Shown piece by piece: positions 48,661-58,524 of a DNA stretch of 60,935 nucleotides. Below the pieces are notes generated by a model, which was given only the letters and a program-made list of their open reading frames with translations, was not told the DNA's origin and made no database searches. Location of the stretch: positions 1 through 60,935 of IMG/VR virus record IMGVR_UViG_3300050821_012719. One strand, given 5' to 3'. Made by a program: the position numbers and the translations under genes. How positions within the stretch are numbered: position 1 is the first letter of the stretch; every line of letters starts with the position of its first letter. The stretch comes from a virus.

Positions 48661-49557
48661 ATGAATCTCACTCACCTCAAGTCGATCACCAGCAAGGTCA
48701 TCACCACCGCGGTGGCTGCGGTGCTTCTGGCCATCAGCCCGAAGCTCCAGTCGGTCGACGAGGCCATCGCGCAGGCGAACGCGGAGAACAAGCTGCCCCA
48801 GATGGGGCCGTTCTCGTGCGTTCGCTTCGCGTACACAAGCCCGGACGAGAATGGTGTTGCCGTCATCACGACGCCGTGGGTCCACAACCTCACGACGACC
48901 GCCGCGTCTGGCTACACGAACGCCAACGACTGGCTCGCGAAGGAGATGGGCAACGGCCCGAGCAGCGCCTTCGCCAGTGCCTCAGGCAACGCCACGGCGA
49001 CGACGGCGACGAGCCTCACGAACTCCGGTGCGACGTTCCCCACGTCGGGCCAGGGCCTCGCGGGTTGCCTCGTCTTCGCGATGCCGAACAACTCCGGCAC
49101 CGGGTCGAGGGCGTACGGGGTCATCGTCTCCAACACGGGTACGGCGCTGACGATCGACCAGTGGTATGACCCGACGTCGACCACCGGTGCAGCCGGCACG
49201 ACCCCCAACGCCACGGCGAACTACATCGTCGCGGTGGGGCAGAACCCGGCAGCATGGCTGGCCGTCACGTCGACCTCCTTCACGCCGGCGAACACCGACA
49301 CGACACTGTCCGGTGAGCTCACGTCCAACGGCTTCACGCGCGCCGTCGGGACGTACGGGCACACGGCCGCCGGTTCGACGTACACGCTGTCTCACCAGTG
49401 GACGGCGACGGGTACGCAGACCATCAACAACGAAGCCGTCTTCGGAGCCTGCAACACGACCGGAGGTGGCGTCATGCCCTTCGAATCGGCCGAGCCGTCA
49501 CCTCCGACGCTCGTCAGTGGCGATACGCTCACGAACACCGTCACGATCACCATCTGA
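48661..49557 (+). CDS. Thr-rich virion structural protein
   Basis: GGAGG RBS; HNL.T; DTTLSGEL..NGF.R; L.SGDTL. Confidence 0.75.
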   Translation: MNLTHLKSITSKVITTAVAAVLLAISPKLQSVDEAIAQANAENKLPQMGPFSCVRFAYTSPDENGVAVITTPWVHNLTTTAASGYTNANDWLAKEMGNGPSSAFASASGNATATTATSLTNSGATFPTSGQGLAGCLVFAMPNNSGTGSRAYGVIVSNTGTALTIDQWYDPTSTTGAAGTTPNATANYIVAVGQNPAAWLAVTSTSFTPANTDTTLSGELTSNGFTRAVGTYGHTAAGSTYTLSHQWTATGTQTINNEAVFGACNTTGGGVMPFESAEPSPPTLVSGDTLTNTVTITI

Positions 49558-49565
49558 GGTCGCCC

Positions 49566-50057
49566 ATGAGTGGCGAGATTCTCTACAGCTTCACGGCGGC
49601 GCCAGCCAAAGAGCCCGAGCTCCGTCCTGGCGCCGGCCGTGTGGAGCTTCGCCTTTCGGAGCTGCCTACCGATGCGGTGGCATCCAATGCTGAGCAAGAT
49701 GCCATCGAGATGCGCTTCACCGAGATGCGTGAGACGAAGGAGGTCGCCTGGTCCCTCATGCGGGTGACCACGACCAGCGAGCACATTCTCGCTGGTGGCT
49801 TCCGGACCAACATGCGGGAGGCGTTCGACGAAGCACTGCCCATCTACGAGCAGGCGCTCGAGCAGCGCCGCCTGCCCCGCCGCGGGTTCGTGTGGGCGGT
49901 CATCGACACGTGGACGGTCTTCACTCGCATAGGTGGGCGTACGACGCGCAGCTCTGACGATCACGTTCTCAAGGGTGATGCAGCCCCTACTCTCCGAGCT
50001 GCCTTCCGCGACGGGGCCAAGTTCTTCAAGAAGTCGCAGATCCGCAAGGCAGGGTGA
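49566..50057 (+). CDS. Hypothetical protein
   Basis: GAGG RBS. Confidence 0.6.
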   Translation: MSGEILYSFTAAPAKEPELRPGAGRVELRLSELPTDAVASNAEQDAIEMRFTEMRETKEVAWSLMRVTTTSEHILAGGFRTNMREAFDEALPIYEQALEQRRLPRRGFVWAVIDTWTVFTRIGGRTTRSSDDHVLKGDAAPTLRAAFRDGAKFFKKSQIRKAG

Positions 50058-50061
50058 GACA

Positions 50062-50625
50062 ATGCTCCAGACGTGGATTCAGACGCTTCAGGCCATCCAG
50101 GTTGCAGGCGCTCAGCTCTCGAACACGACGACTGCGACCTCGCTCCTGCCTTCAGCGAGCCCCAAGTTCACCTTCGCCAACAACCAGTTCCAGAACATCG
50201 GACAGTGCCTGCGCATCAAGGGGTGCGCACAGGTCAGCAACGTCGTCACGACGCCAGGCACGCTCACACTCGACATCCGCTTCGGAGCGACGGTCGTCTT
50301 CAACGGCGGCGCGATGCAGATGTCCACGACGGCGCACACGACGTTGCCCATCTGGTACGAGATCTTGCTCACTCTGCGTGCCATCGGAACCAACGCCAAC
50401 TTCATGGGACAGGGCATCTGCACCGGCCAGCCCATGAGTCTCACCGCCGTCGCCGATTCCACGACGACCGTGGCCACCGTGATGATGCCGAACACGACGC
50501 CGGCCGTGGGCAACAACTTCGACTCGACGGCGACTCAGGCGCTCGATCACTTCGGCACCTTCAGCGTCTCGACGTCACCGACGAACATCACGCTCCAACA
50601 GTTCACCGTCGAGTCGATGAACTAG
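50062..50625 (+). CDS. Thr-rich beta-sandwich structural protein
   Basis: Composition and genomic context. Confidence 0.65.
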   Translation: MLQTWIQTLQAIQVAGAQLSNTTTATSLLPSASPKFTFANNQFQNIGQCLRIKGCAQVSNVVTTPGTLTLDIRFGATVVFNGGAMQMSTTAHTTLPIWYEILLTLRAIGTNANFMGQGICTGQPMSLTAVADSTTTVATVMMPNTTPAVGNNFDSTATQALDHFGTFSVSTSPTNITLQQFTVESMN

Positions 50626-50645
50626 GCGACGCGCGCGGGTAGTCC

Positions 50646-53600
50646 GTGACTGCCGCATACACGTATCGCCAAGGGGCCAATGCGGCGTCGGTTGCCAGCA
50701 CGACAACGCAGTCGGTTGCCTTCTCGACGACGACGCAGCTTCAGGGCGATGTCAACCTAGTCTTCGTCGCCTACGGCTACACGTCTGCGCAAGAGCCGTC
50801 GGTCACCGTCTCCGACACTAAGAACGGACAGTACACCGAGCTCCCGGGGCACATCACCCTGGTAGACCCCAATGGTGGGGTCAATGCGATCCGCTGCTTT
50901 GTCAAGAGCAACATCGTCGCCTGCGCCGCCAGCGCCAACACAGTTACAGCCACCTTCAGCGGCACCGTTCAGTTTCCAGATCTCGTAACACTGGAGGTCA
51001 CAAGTTCCTCCATACCTATCGTCTTTCAACCAATTGATGTTCTTGCCTCTGCCGGCGGTCTCGATTCACTTACACTAGCAACAGCAGGAACTATCACTAC
51101 AACCGGCAATGGCGAGGTAGCCTTCTGCTACGCGTTCGTCGATGACGACGCTACTGGCCCAGGTGTAGCAAACGGCTGGAGCTCTATAACAAACCTCGCC
51201 GGCGGCCCAGGAACGGGTCAAACGAACGAAGGCGGGTGGATCGAGCAACAGGCTGTTGCCACACCATCGACCATCACCGGAACCATTGTCGTCAACAACG
51301 GCACCGGGATCTGGATGTCGATGGTCGTCGCCCTCAAGCCGGCGATCACCACTCTTCTCACGACAACCGGGGCAGGGACATACGTCGTACCAAACGACTG
51401 GAACAACGACAACAACACTATCGAAGTAGTTGGTGCTGGTGCGACTGGCGCCGCCGGGCTAACGAGTTCAAGCGGTGGCGCCGGTGGCGCCGGTGCCTAC
51501 GCTAGATCGGCCAACGTTCGACTAGTCCCTGGAAGCTCGGTTCCGTACACCATAGGTACAGCAGGTGCGACTACCTGCTTCGGCAGCACGGTTCTAGCGA
51601 CATCAACGGTAGGTGCACAACCAGGAGCTCTTGGTTCGGGAACTGTCGGTGGGGCCGGTGGCAGCTCGATCCCCAGCGTGGGGCAGGTAAAGTTCTCCGG
51701 CGGCAATGGCGGCAACGGCAGCGGGACCAATCGAGGCGGTGGCGGAGGAGGAGGAGCCGGCGGTCCAGGTGGTGCTGGACAAGCTGGAGCAAGCGACTCA
51801 TCAGGCAGCGGCGGCGCTGGTGGCGGCGGAGCCGGCGGTGGCAGCGCGACAGTTGGCGTCACCAACTCGACCAACGTCGGCGGAGCCGGCGGCAAGGCTC
51901 AAGACAACACCGCCGGAGGTACTGGTGGATCGGCCGCGGTAGGTAACCCGGGCTCACACGGGTCAGGCGGCGGAGGTGGAGGCGGCAACGGTACAGGCTT
52001 CCACGGCGGAGCCGGTGGTGCTGGCCTTGAGTGGGATGCAACGCACGGATCTGGCGGAGGTGGCGGAGGTGGAGGCGGCAGCTCTACTGGTACGCCAGGG
52101 GCTGGTGCAGCCGGCGGCACCTACGGCGGAGGTGGCGGAGGTGGAGGCTCGGGAACAGGTGGCTCGACGGCCGGAGGCGGTGGCCAAGGCCTCATCATCA
52201 TCACGTACGTCCCGCGTACGGACATGGGTGCAACCAACGCCCCAGATGCTCTCAGTCCATCTCCCAACACTCCGGGGCCTCCTACAACCTTCGGCCCCTT
52301 CCGGTCGTTCGATCAACAACCTCTCGCGTACGGCCCATTCCAGGGAAAGAATCCTGTAGCGCAGAACCCGGGTACTCAGTCGGGGCAGCTTCTGATTGCT
52401 CCGATGTCGAAGGTGGGGGTGCCGATCACGGTCGGCCCCTTCCGGTCATTCGATCAGGTCCCTCTTTCCTATGGGCGAACACCGACACCCTATTCGGCAT
52501 CCATCTCAGAGAGCATCACTGCACCCAGTGATTCTGTAAACCGATCTTTTATCGGTACGAGAGGCATCTCGGAAAGCATTACTGCTCCGAGTGACGCCGT
52601 AAGCAGGTCTTTCATCGGTGCGAGAGGCATCTCGGAGAGCATCACGGCTCCGTCTGATGCGGTGACTCAGGCAGATGCTTATGCGAGATCTCTTTCTGAG
52701 AGCATCACTGCTCCCACCGATGCGGTCTCTCGCGAATACGACGCGCTGAGAGCTCTCAGTGAAAGCATCACTGCGCCCAGCGATTCCATCTCCAGAGCCT
52801 TTGTAGGATCTAGGAGTGTTGCGGAATCTATTGGAGCACCTAGCGACAGCGTTGCACAAGCAGGAGTCTATGCGCGGTCTGTCCCTGAATCGATCTCCGC
52901 CCCCTCTGATTCTGTCAGCAGGGCTCTGTCAAGCACACGTGCGATCGCAGAGTCTATAGGAGGACCCACTGACTCTGTCTCTAGGTCCGGAACCTTCAGC
53001 CGCGCCATCTTCGAAAGCATTGGCGGACCTACGGACTCCGTCACTCGAACAGGAACCTTCAGCCGGGCCATCTCGGAATCTGTTACGGCCCCCTCTGACT
53101 CTGTGTCGCGTGAGGCAGACTACCCTCGGGCGGTCTCGGAAAGTGTCTCGGCTCCAACAGACGCCGTCAGCAGGTCCTTTGTTGGATCTAGGAGCGTCTC
53201 GGAGAGTGTGACGGCACCCAGTGACTCTGTGACGAGAGTTGCTGGCGATACCCGAGCTCTATCCGAATCCATCACGGCTCCGACGGATAGTGTTGCACGG
53301 GTCGGGGCCTATACGAGATCGATCTCCGAGTCTGTTACTGCACCTTCTGACGCGGTCTCCCGACAGTTCACCGGGACTCGAGCCATCAGTGACAGCATCG
53401 CAGGACCGACGGATGCGATCGGCCGAGCCTTCATTGGGTTCAGAGCTGTTGCCGAGAGCATTACAGCCCCAAGCGACAGCGTCGCTCGATCTCAGGGAAC
53501 CTCGAGGAGTATCTCGGAGTCCATCACAGTACCGACGGACAGCATCTCTCGTCAGGTCTCCTACCCGAGAAGCATCTCCGAGAGCATCTCTGCCCCGACG

Positions 53601-55187
53601 GATAGCGTCGCGCGTCAGGTGGTCGAGTCTCGCAGCTTGGCGGAATCCATTACGGCCCCCACTGATGCAGTGGCTCGCACCGTAACGTTTTCAAGGGCGA
53701 TCTCCGAAAGCGTCCCAGCTCCAACGGATAGCGTCAGCCGAGCAGGAACCTTCGCTCGATCTGTCTCGGAATCCGTTATCGCTCCGAGTGACTCCGTTGC
53801 GAGAAGCTTCGTTGGATCTAGGACCATCCCCGAGTCCATCACCGCCCCAACAGACAGCGTTGCACGCTCCGGAGTCTTCGCCAGAAGCGCCAACGAAAGC
53901 ATCTCAGCACCCAGCGATAGCATCAGCCGACAGACCGCCGTGTCTCGAGCTGTCAGTGAAAGCGTCACTGCTCCTACCGATGCTGTCTCGAGACAGGGTG
54001 TCTTTGTCCGCGCCATAGCTGATTCGATCACTGCTCCAACCGACAGCGTGTCTCGTGGAGGCAATACAAACATCCCCGAGTCCATCACCGCTCCCACCGA
54101 CTCCGTCGCTCGCGCTTTTGTTGGAGCTCGGGCACTCGCCGAAAGCATCTCGGCACCCAGCGACTCCGTTGCGAGGGAGTACGATGCCTCGAGGAGCATC
54201 TCGGAAACTGTTACGGCTCCTACGGATGCCATCTCCAGGGCTGTGACGAATGCTAGATCGATGCCAGAGAACATCACCGCTCCGAGTGACTCCATCTCGA
54301 GAGCTTTTACAGGAACTCGAGCCATCGCAGAAGTCATCACTGCTCCCACCGATGCGGTCTCCAGGCTTCTTGTCGAGAGCAGGAGCATCTCGGAGTCGGT
54401 GGTTGCTCCCACTGATGCTGTAGCGCGTGCGTTTACCGGAACACGGAGTATCGCGGACTCGATCACTGCTCCCACCGACTCGGTTCAGCAAGTCTCTGGC
54501 GGAGCTCACCTCATCTCGGAATCCATCACCGCTCCTACGGACAGCGTTAGCCGAGCCTTCATCGGGTCTCGTGGTCTGACCGAAAGCATCGTCGCACCCA
54601 CTGACTCCGTCTCGAGAGTTGTGGGCTACGTGAGGTCGATCTCCGAAGTCATCGTGGCGCCTTCTGATGCCATCTCCAGACTCACCACAGACACTCGATC
54701 TATCTCGGAGAGCATCACGTTCCCAACCGACTCGGTCGCACGTCAGAGCACTGAGTCGCGGAACATCAGTGAGTCCATCACTCCGCCTATCGATGTGGTG
54801 CTGGAGATCGCCGGGTTCTTCCGGTTCATCAGCGAAGCGATTGCTGGTCCGACCGACGTCGTATCTACGTCCAAGGGACCCGGCAGACACATAAGCGAGT
54901 CCATCACGTCTCCCTTTGATGCGGTCGTGAGAACCGGGGTGTTCTTCAGGGCCATTCACGAGTCGATCACTTCGCCATTCGACTTCGTTCGTGCCATCTA
55001 CATCCCGAAGAATCCCCTGCCGACTTCGATCACTGTCATCCACGGAGTCTCCCCAGGCGGTGGGAGCGGGCCTTCAATTGCCCAGCGAACTCCCTCCATC
55101 ACCTCGGCCTCTCACCCTGCTACGAAGCCGAGCACCACTCCGCTCGGACCCCAGAACCAGGCCAGGCCCAAGAAGCCAGGACTGTGA
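50646..55187 (+). CDS. Gly-rich fibre protein with about 40 x 21-aa repeats (1513 aa)
   Basis: N-terminal beta domain, Gly-rich domain (about 51420-52200), then SISESITAP(S/T)DSVxRxxxxxR repeats. Confidence 0.8.
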   Translation: MTAAYTYRQGANAASVASTTTQSVAFSTTTQLQGDVNLVFVAYGYTSAQEPSVTVSDTKNGQYTELPGHITLVDPNGGVNAIRCFVKSNIVACAASANTVTATFSGTVQFPDLVTLEVTSSSIPIVFQPIDVLASAGGLDSLTLATAGTITTTGNGEVAFCYAFVDDDATGPGVANGWSSITNLAGGPGTGQTNEGGWIEQQAVATPSTITGTIVVNNGTGIWMSMVVALKPAITTLLTTTGAGTYVVPNDWNNDNNTIEVVGAGATGAAGLTSSSGGAGGAGAYARSANVRLVPGSSVPYTIGTAGATTCFGSTVLATSTVGAQPGALGSGTVGGAGGSSIPSVGQVKFSGGNGGNGSGTNRGGGGGGGAGGPGGAGQAGASDSSGSGGAGGGGAGGGSATVGVTNSTNVGGAGGKAQDNTAGGTGGSAAVGNPGSHGSGGGGGGGNGTGFHGGAGGAGLEWDATHGSGGGGGGGGGSSTGTPGAGAAGGTYGGGGGGGGSGTGGSTAGGGGQGLIIITYVPRTDMGATNAPDALSPSPNTPGPPTTFGPFRSFDQQPLAYGPFQGKNPVAQNPGTQSGQLLIAPMSKVGVPITVGPFRSFDQVPLSYGRTPTPYSASISESITAPSDSVNRSFIGTRGISESITAPSDAVSRSFIGARGISESITAPSDAVTQADAYARSLSESITAPTDAVSREYDALRALSESITAPSDSISRAFVGSRSVAESIGAPSDSVAQAGVYARSVPESISAPSDSVSRALSSTRAIAESIGGPTDSVSRSGTFSRAIFESIGGPTDSVTRTGTFSRAISESVTAPSDSVSREADYPRAVSESVSAPTDAVSRSFVGSRSVSESVTAPSDSVTRVAGDTRALSESITAPTDSVARVGAYTRSISESVTAPSDAVSRQFTGTRAISDSIAGPTDAIGRAFIGFRAVAESITAPSDSVARSQGTSRSISESITVPTDSISRQVSYPRSISESISAPTDSVARQVVESRSLAESITAPTDAVARTVTFSRAISESVPAPTDSVSRAGTFARSVSESVIAPSDSVARSFVGSRTIPESITAPTDSVARSGVFARSANESISAPSDSISRQTAVSRAVSESVTAPTDAVSRQGVFVRAIADSITAPTDSVSRGGNTNIPESITAPTDSVARAFVGARALAESISAPSDSVAREYDASRSISETVTAPTDAISRAVTNARSMPENITAPSDSISRAFTGTRAIAEVITAPTDAVSRLLVESRSISESVVAPTDAVARAFTGTRSIADSITAPTDSVQQVSGGAHLISESITAPTDSVSRAFIGSRGLTESIVAPTDSVSRVVGYVRSISEVIVAPSDAISRLTTDTRSISESITFPTDSVARQSTESRNISESITPPIDVVLEIAGFFRFISEAIAGPTDVVSTSKGPGRHISESITSPFDAVVRTGVFFRAIHESITSPFDFVRAIYIPKNPLPTSITVIHGVSPGGGSGPSIAQRTPSITSASHPATKPSTTPLGPQNQARPKKPGL
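52500..55000 (+). repeat. 63-bp degenerate coding tandem repeat, about 40 copies
   Basis: Counted in the translation; one unit is shortened to 19 aa. Confidence 0.9.
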
Positions 55188-55379
55188 ACTGCGGTTCACG
55201 GCTCCCAGGAGCCTGTAGGAGCGTCTGGCGTCGGAGGGGTCACCGACCTACGGAGTTGGGTCGGTCGGCAGCTCCTGGACCCCGTCCTGTGGCGGGACCG
55301 CGGGTTCCCATCCCTCTGGCCAAGGCGTAGGGTTAGGGGGTCAATCCCCTCTGCCAGGCAGAGGGCTAGGAGGAACGTC

Positions 55380-56207
55380 ATGCTCGTAGCCGTCGTCGAC
55401 AAGACCACGAGTGGCCGCTTCGCTGCTGGCCAGGTCGCTTTCATCTGCCAGGGCCTCACGATGCACTTCGCGCAGCACGTGGCTCCGGCGCTGAATCTGG
55501 CGCCGTGGCAGATTCGCTACTTCCCGAGCGGCATCGTGCCGAGCGCGTCGCGGGTCATGCTCCTGGTGGACCATGCCGGCGTTCAAGGCGCTGCTGGGTA
55601 CCACGACGAGAGCGGGAAGGGCATTCCTGAGGCGTACATCTCCGTCGAGGACTGCATCGCTGCGGGCTACTCGGTCAACGGCGGTCCCAATTCCGTCGCG
55701 ACGGTCATCGACCACGAGTTCCTCGAGTTGGCCTTCGACCAGTCGACGACCAGCTACTTCGACCGCGGGGACGGAACGGAGATCGCTGGTGAGGTGAGCG
55801 ACCCCTGCGAGAACCAGGGAGAGGCCTTGCTGCTCAACGGTCAGAAGGTCTGGTGCTCGGACTTCGTGTACCTGTCCTACTTCGACATCCACGGTCTGGG
55901 CCAGCAGGTGTTCAACTGGCTGGGCGGCATCACCAAGCCGTTCCAGATCCTCCCAGGCGGGTACGCGATCATTCGTGATGCTCAGGGCAACGTCAACCCC
56001 GTCTACGGCGAGAAGTTCCCCGACTTCAAGAAGACCTGGAAGGAGCGCGAGGGTTCGCACCTTTCCCAGCGTCGCAAGAACAACTCTCCCCGGATTCCGT
56101 CCCCGGCCTCTTCGAAGCCGACGGACCCCCCTCCCCCGTCGCCTCCGCCGGCCGATGACGAGACTGCCCCGGAGGCTCATGAGGAGGGCGAGGGAGAACA
56201 GACATGA
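55380..56207 (+). CDS. Putative metallopeptidase-like protein (GYH...HExxE...E..D.C)
   Basis: AAGYHD; DHEFLE; EVSDPCE; SDFVY; Pro-rich tail; AGGAGG RBS. Confidence 0.6.
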   Translation: MLVAVVDKTTSGRFAAGQVAFICQGLTMHFAQHVAPALNLAPWQIRYFPSGIVPSASRVMLLVDHAGVQGAAGYHDESGKGIPEAYISVEDCIAAGYSVNGGPNSVATVIDHEFLELAFDQSTTSYFDRGDGTEIAGEVSDPCENQGEALLLNGQKVWCSDFVYLSYFDIHGLGQQVFNWLGGITKPFQILPGGYAIIRDAQGNVNPVYGEKFPDFKKTWKEREGSHLSQRRKNNSPRIPSPASSKPTDPPPPSPPPADDETAPEAHEEGEGEQT

Positions 56208-56419
56208 TCTCCTTCTCCGCCTTCGTGGACGAGTACTGCAAGATCGCCGGGCTCCCTCCGCCGCTACCGGCTGCCGCCAAGATGATGCAGGCCGCACCAG
56301 CAGCAGCGAAGATGCTGCCGAAGCCGAAGCTGTACGGCCAAGAGGGGTTCAACGCGCTCATGCAGGGCACGCGCTCCGCCAAGGCCAACCCGTTCCAGGC
56401 GCTCGCAGGGCAGCCGTAG
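56204..56419 (+). CDS. Small protein carrying the shared F.DE..KI motif
   Basis: ATGA overlap; MISFSAFVDEYCKIA. Confidence 0.6.
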   Translation: MISFSAFVDEYCKIAGLPPPLPAAAKMMQAAPAAAKMLPKPKLYGQEGFNALMQGTRSAKANPFQALAGQP

Positions 56420-56430
56420 ATCACGGGGCT

Positions 56431-56464
56431 AAAAAGAAGGGGAGCCAAGTAGGCTCCCCTTCTT
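56431..56464. terminator. Bidirectional terminator at the convergence of the two strands
   Basis: AAAAAGAAGGGGAGCC-aagta-GGCTCCCCTTCTT. Confidence 0.85.
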
Positions 56465-57066
56465 CACGCCTTCTTGTTGTAGACGATCGCGTCCGGCGGA
56501 AACTCGACCACCGATTCCGGCTCATCATCGTCAAACCACGCCGCTGCCACGATGACGAGTGCGTGTCGTCCGTGGAGCATGAGCGGGTGAATCTCCGACC
56601 GGCGCGCATCGGAGATGGAGAGCTTGCTGCCATCTGTAGCCGTCATGCTCATCTTCTTCGGTACAGTTCGCGCTAGGACGGCATCCGGGTCTTCCCAGCC
56701 GGCGAGAGCTCGAGCGAGCACGGACTTGCTGAAGTAGGCGCCGTCCAGCCGGACGTGCCCGTTGTCGACCTTCCCGGACCAGAAGGCAGCCCCTGCGAGC
56801 TCTTTGAGCAGCAGGGCGTCGAGCTTGCCCTTGAAGACCGTGCCTCCATACAGGTCCTTCATCGTGTCGAAGAACCCGGTGAGATACGGCTCCGTACACC
56901 GAAGACGTTCACAGTCCTCTCGACTGCATGGGACTCGTACGATCGCGCTCTTGTCCGTCGCGTAGAGGACGTACGTCCCAGGCATCTCCGTTGCCGAGAA
57001 GGGAACGTTCGGTGTCGGAGCTTGGTTGTTCTTGGCCAGTAGTGTGAGCCATTCGATCTTGTCCAT
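56464..57066 (-). CDS. Hypothetical protein
   Basis: 200-aa ORF. Confidence 0.65.
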   Translation of the reverse strand: MDKIEWLTLLAKNNQAPTPNVPFSATEMPGTYVLYATDKSAIVRVPCSREDCERLRCTEPYLTGFFDTMKDLYGGTVFKGKLDALLLKELAGAAFWSGKVDNGHVRLDGAYFSKSVLARALAGWEDPDAVLARTVPKKMSMTATDGSKLSISDARRSEIHPLMLHGRHALVIVAAAWFDDDEPESVVEFPPDAIVYNKKA

Positions 57067-57068
57067 AG

Positions 57069-57100
57069 AAGAAAGGCCGGGGTTCGCAGCCCCGGCCTCC
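57069..57100 (-). terminator. Hairpin/terminator
   Basis: AGGCCGGG...CCCGGCCT with TTTCTT on the minus strand. Confidence 0.55.
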
Positions 57101-57144
57101 TCACTCGTCCTCAGCCCAGACGGTCCCGGGCCAGGGATCGACTT

Positions 57145-57768
57145 CTACTTCGCCTTCGCTTTTCCCAGGGCGGTGGAGATGACGTTGATGACGTTCTGCG
57201 TCTCCTCGATGGCGAAGTTCAGGACCTCCTCGCGGTCGGGGGCGACGGTCTTCTCGGCGACGAGCAGCAGCGTGGAGATGTTGATGCCCGCGAGGGACCT
57301 GAGCTCGGCGACCTGGCTGTGGAGCTCCACGAGGTTCGCCATGATGGTCTTGTCGTTCTCGAGGCTCTGCTGGAGAGCCTTCATGAACGGCGAGAGGTCG
57401 AGGTTGCCGGCCGGAGCCACTGTCTGAGCTGCGGGCGACTCGGTCTTGGTGACCGGGGTCCGCTGGAGCTTGCCCGCGGCCCCGTTGGTTGCCGGCGCCG
57501 CTGCGGGCGCGGTCTGCTGCGGGGCCGCTGCCGCAGGTGCTCCGCCCTGCGCGTCGAGCGCCTTGAGGGCGGTGAGGATGGCGTTCGCCTGCTCGTCGGT
57601 GCTCATGCCCAGGAACGCCGACTTGCGCTGGATGCTGGCCTCGTCCTCGCCCTTCGAGATGATGTCGAGCTCCTGGGCGAGGGTGCGGAGGCCGAAGCGC
57701 CCCATCTTCTTCAGCACCTCGAAGTCGCGGGGGGCGGTCTGCGCGGTGGGCTGTGCGATCGATGTCAT
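57145..57768 (-). CDS. Hypothetical protein with an Ala/Pro linker
   Basis: AAGGA RBS; strong codon bias. Confidence 0.75.
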   Translation of the reverse strand: MTSIAQPTAQTAPRDFEVLKKMGRFGLRTLAQELDIISKGEDEASIQRKSAFLGMSTDEQANAILTALKALDAQGGAPAAAAPQQTAPAAAPATNGAAGKLQRTPVTKTESPAAQTVAPAGNLDLSPFMKALQQSLENDKTIMANLVELHSQVAELRSLAGINISTLLLVAEKTVAPDREEVLNFAIEETQNVINVISTALGKAKAK

Positions 57769-58121
57769 GTCCTTGTTCTCCTAGCGAGGATGTACGGTTC
57801 ACACGGTTCGTTGCCTACCAAGCACGCGAACACCTGTGTGTCGACGCACTTGTAGCAGGGTCTTGGGTCGTTCGGGTCTTTGGCTGGGCAGGTGAGCTGG
57901 CTCTGGAGCTTCGGGCGGAAGTCATCGACGAAGCGCTTGATCGCATCGCGATAGTCATCCACTGGATGTCCAACCTGCTGGTCTTCCTCCAGCCCCTCGA
58001 GGATGGCAACGAGCTTCTCACGGGGGTACGAAGGAAGAACGTGCAGCCCAGCCCTGCGACAGAGCTGGTAGAGCTCCGTATAGTTGCACAGATCCCAGTC
58101 AAAACCGGACGAGGTTGTCAA
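57765..58121 (-). CDS. Cys-containing hypothetical protein
   Basis: AGGAGG RBS with TTG start; LTCPA..CYKC...C. Confidence 0.6.
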   Translation of the reverse strand: MTTSSGFDWDLCNYTELYQLCRRAGLHVLPSYPREKLVAILEGLEEDQQVGHPVDDYRDAIKRFVDDFRPKLQSQLTCPAKDPNDPRPCYKCVDTQVFACLVGNEPCEPYILARRTRT

Positions 58122-58524
58122 TCGGTAGCTCCTCCTTCTCCATGTCCCAGATGAAGCACTCGGTCCTCTCGTCGCCCTGCCGCTTCTCGATGGTCCAGAT
58201 GAAGAACTGGGAGTCATCGATGCCGCAGGCGTCCTTCAAGCAGTCCTCGAAGAGCTTGAGGCGATTGCTCGTGTCGAGTCTCTTGTACCGCGTCTGGGCC
58301 CCTTCTTTGTTCATGACCGCTTCGAAGTAGAACCTGACGTAGCAGAAGTACTTCGTGTCGGGAAGGATCTGTTTCAGCTCAGACGGGTAGTTCTGAGCCA
58401 GGAAGGCCGTGGTCTCGGTCTTGTACTTCCTACCCTCGGTCGAGAGCGCCCGCCCTCCCCCACGGACGTTGATGTAGGCCCTGTTGGAGGACGGGGGGAG
58501 GGACAGAACGCAGACCTCGATCAT
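58099..58524 (-). CDS. rusA: RusA-like Holliday junction resolvase
   Basis: LPPSSN..Y; RLDTSNRLKLFEDCL....IDDSQ. Confidence 0.8.
   Translation of the reverse strand: MIEVCVLSLPPSSNRAYINVRGGGRALSTEGRKYKTETTAFLAQNYPSELKQILPDTKYFCYVRFYFEAVMNKEGAQTRYKRLDTSNRLKLFEDCLKDACGIDDSQFFIWTIEKRQGDERTECFIWDMEKEELPIDNLVRF

Noticed and set aside
51420-52200. GGC/GGT-rich low-complexity DNA as a separate repeat element
   Set aside because: Fully explained by the Gly-rich domain of the fibre protein.
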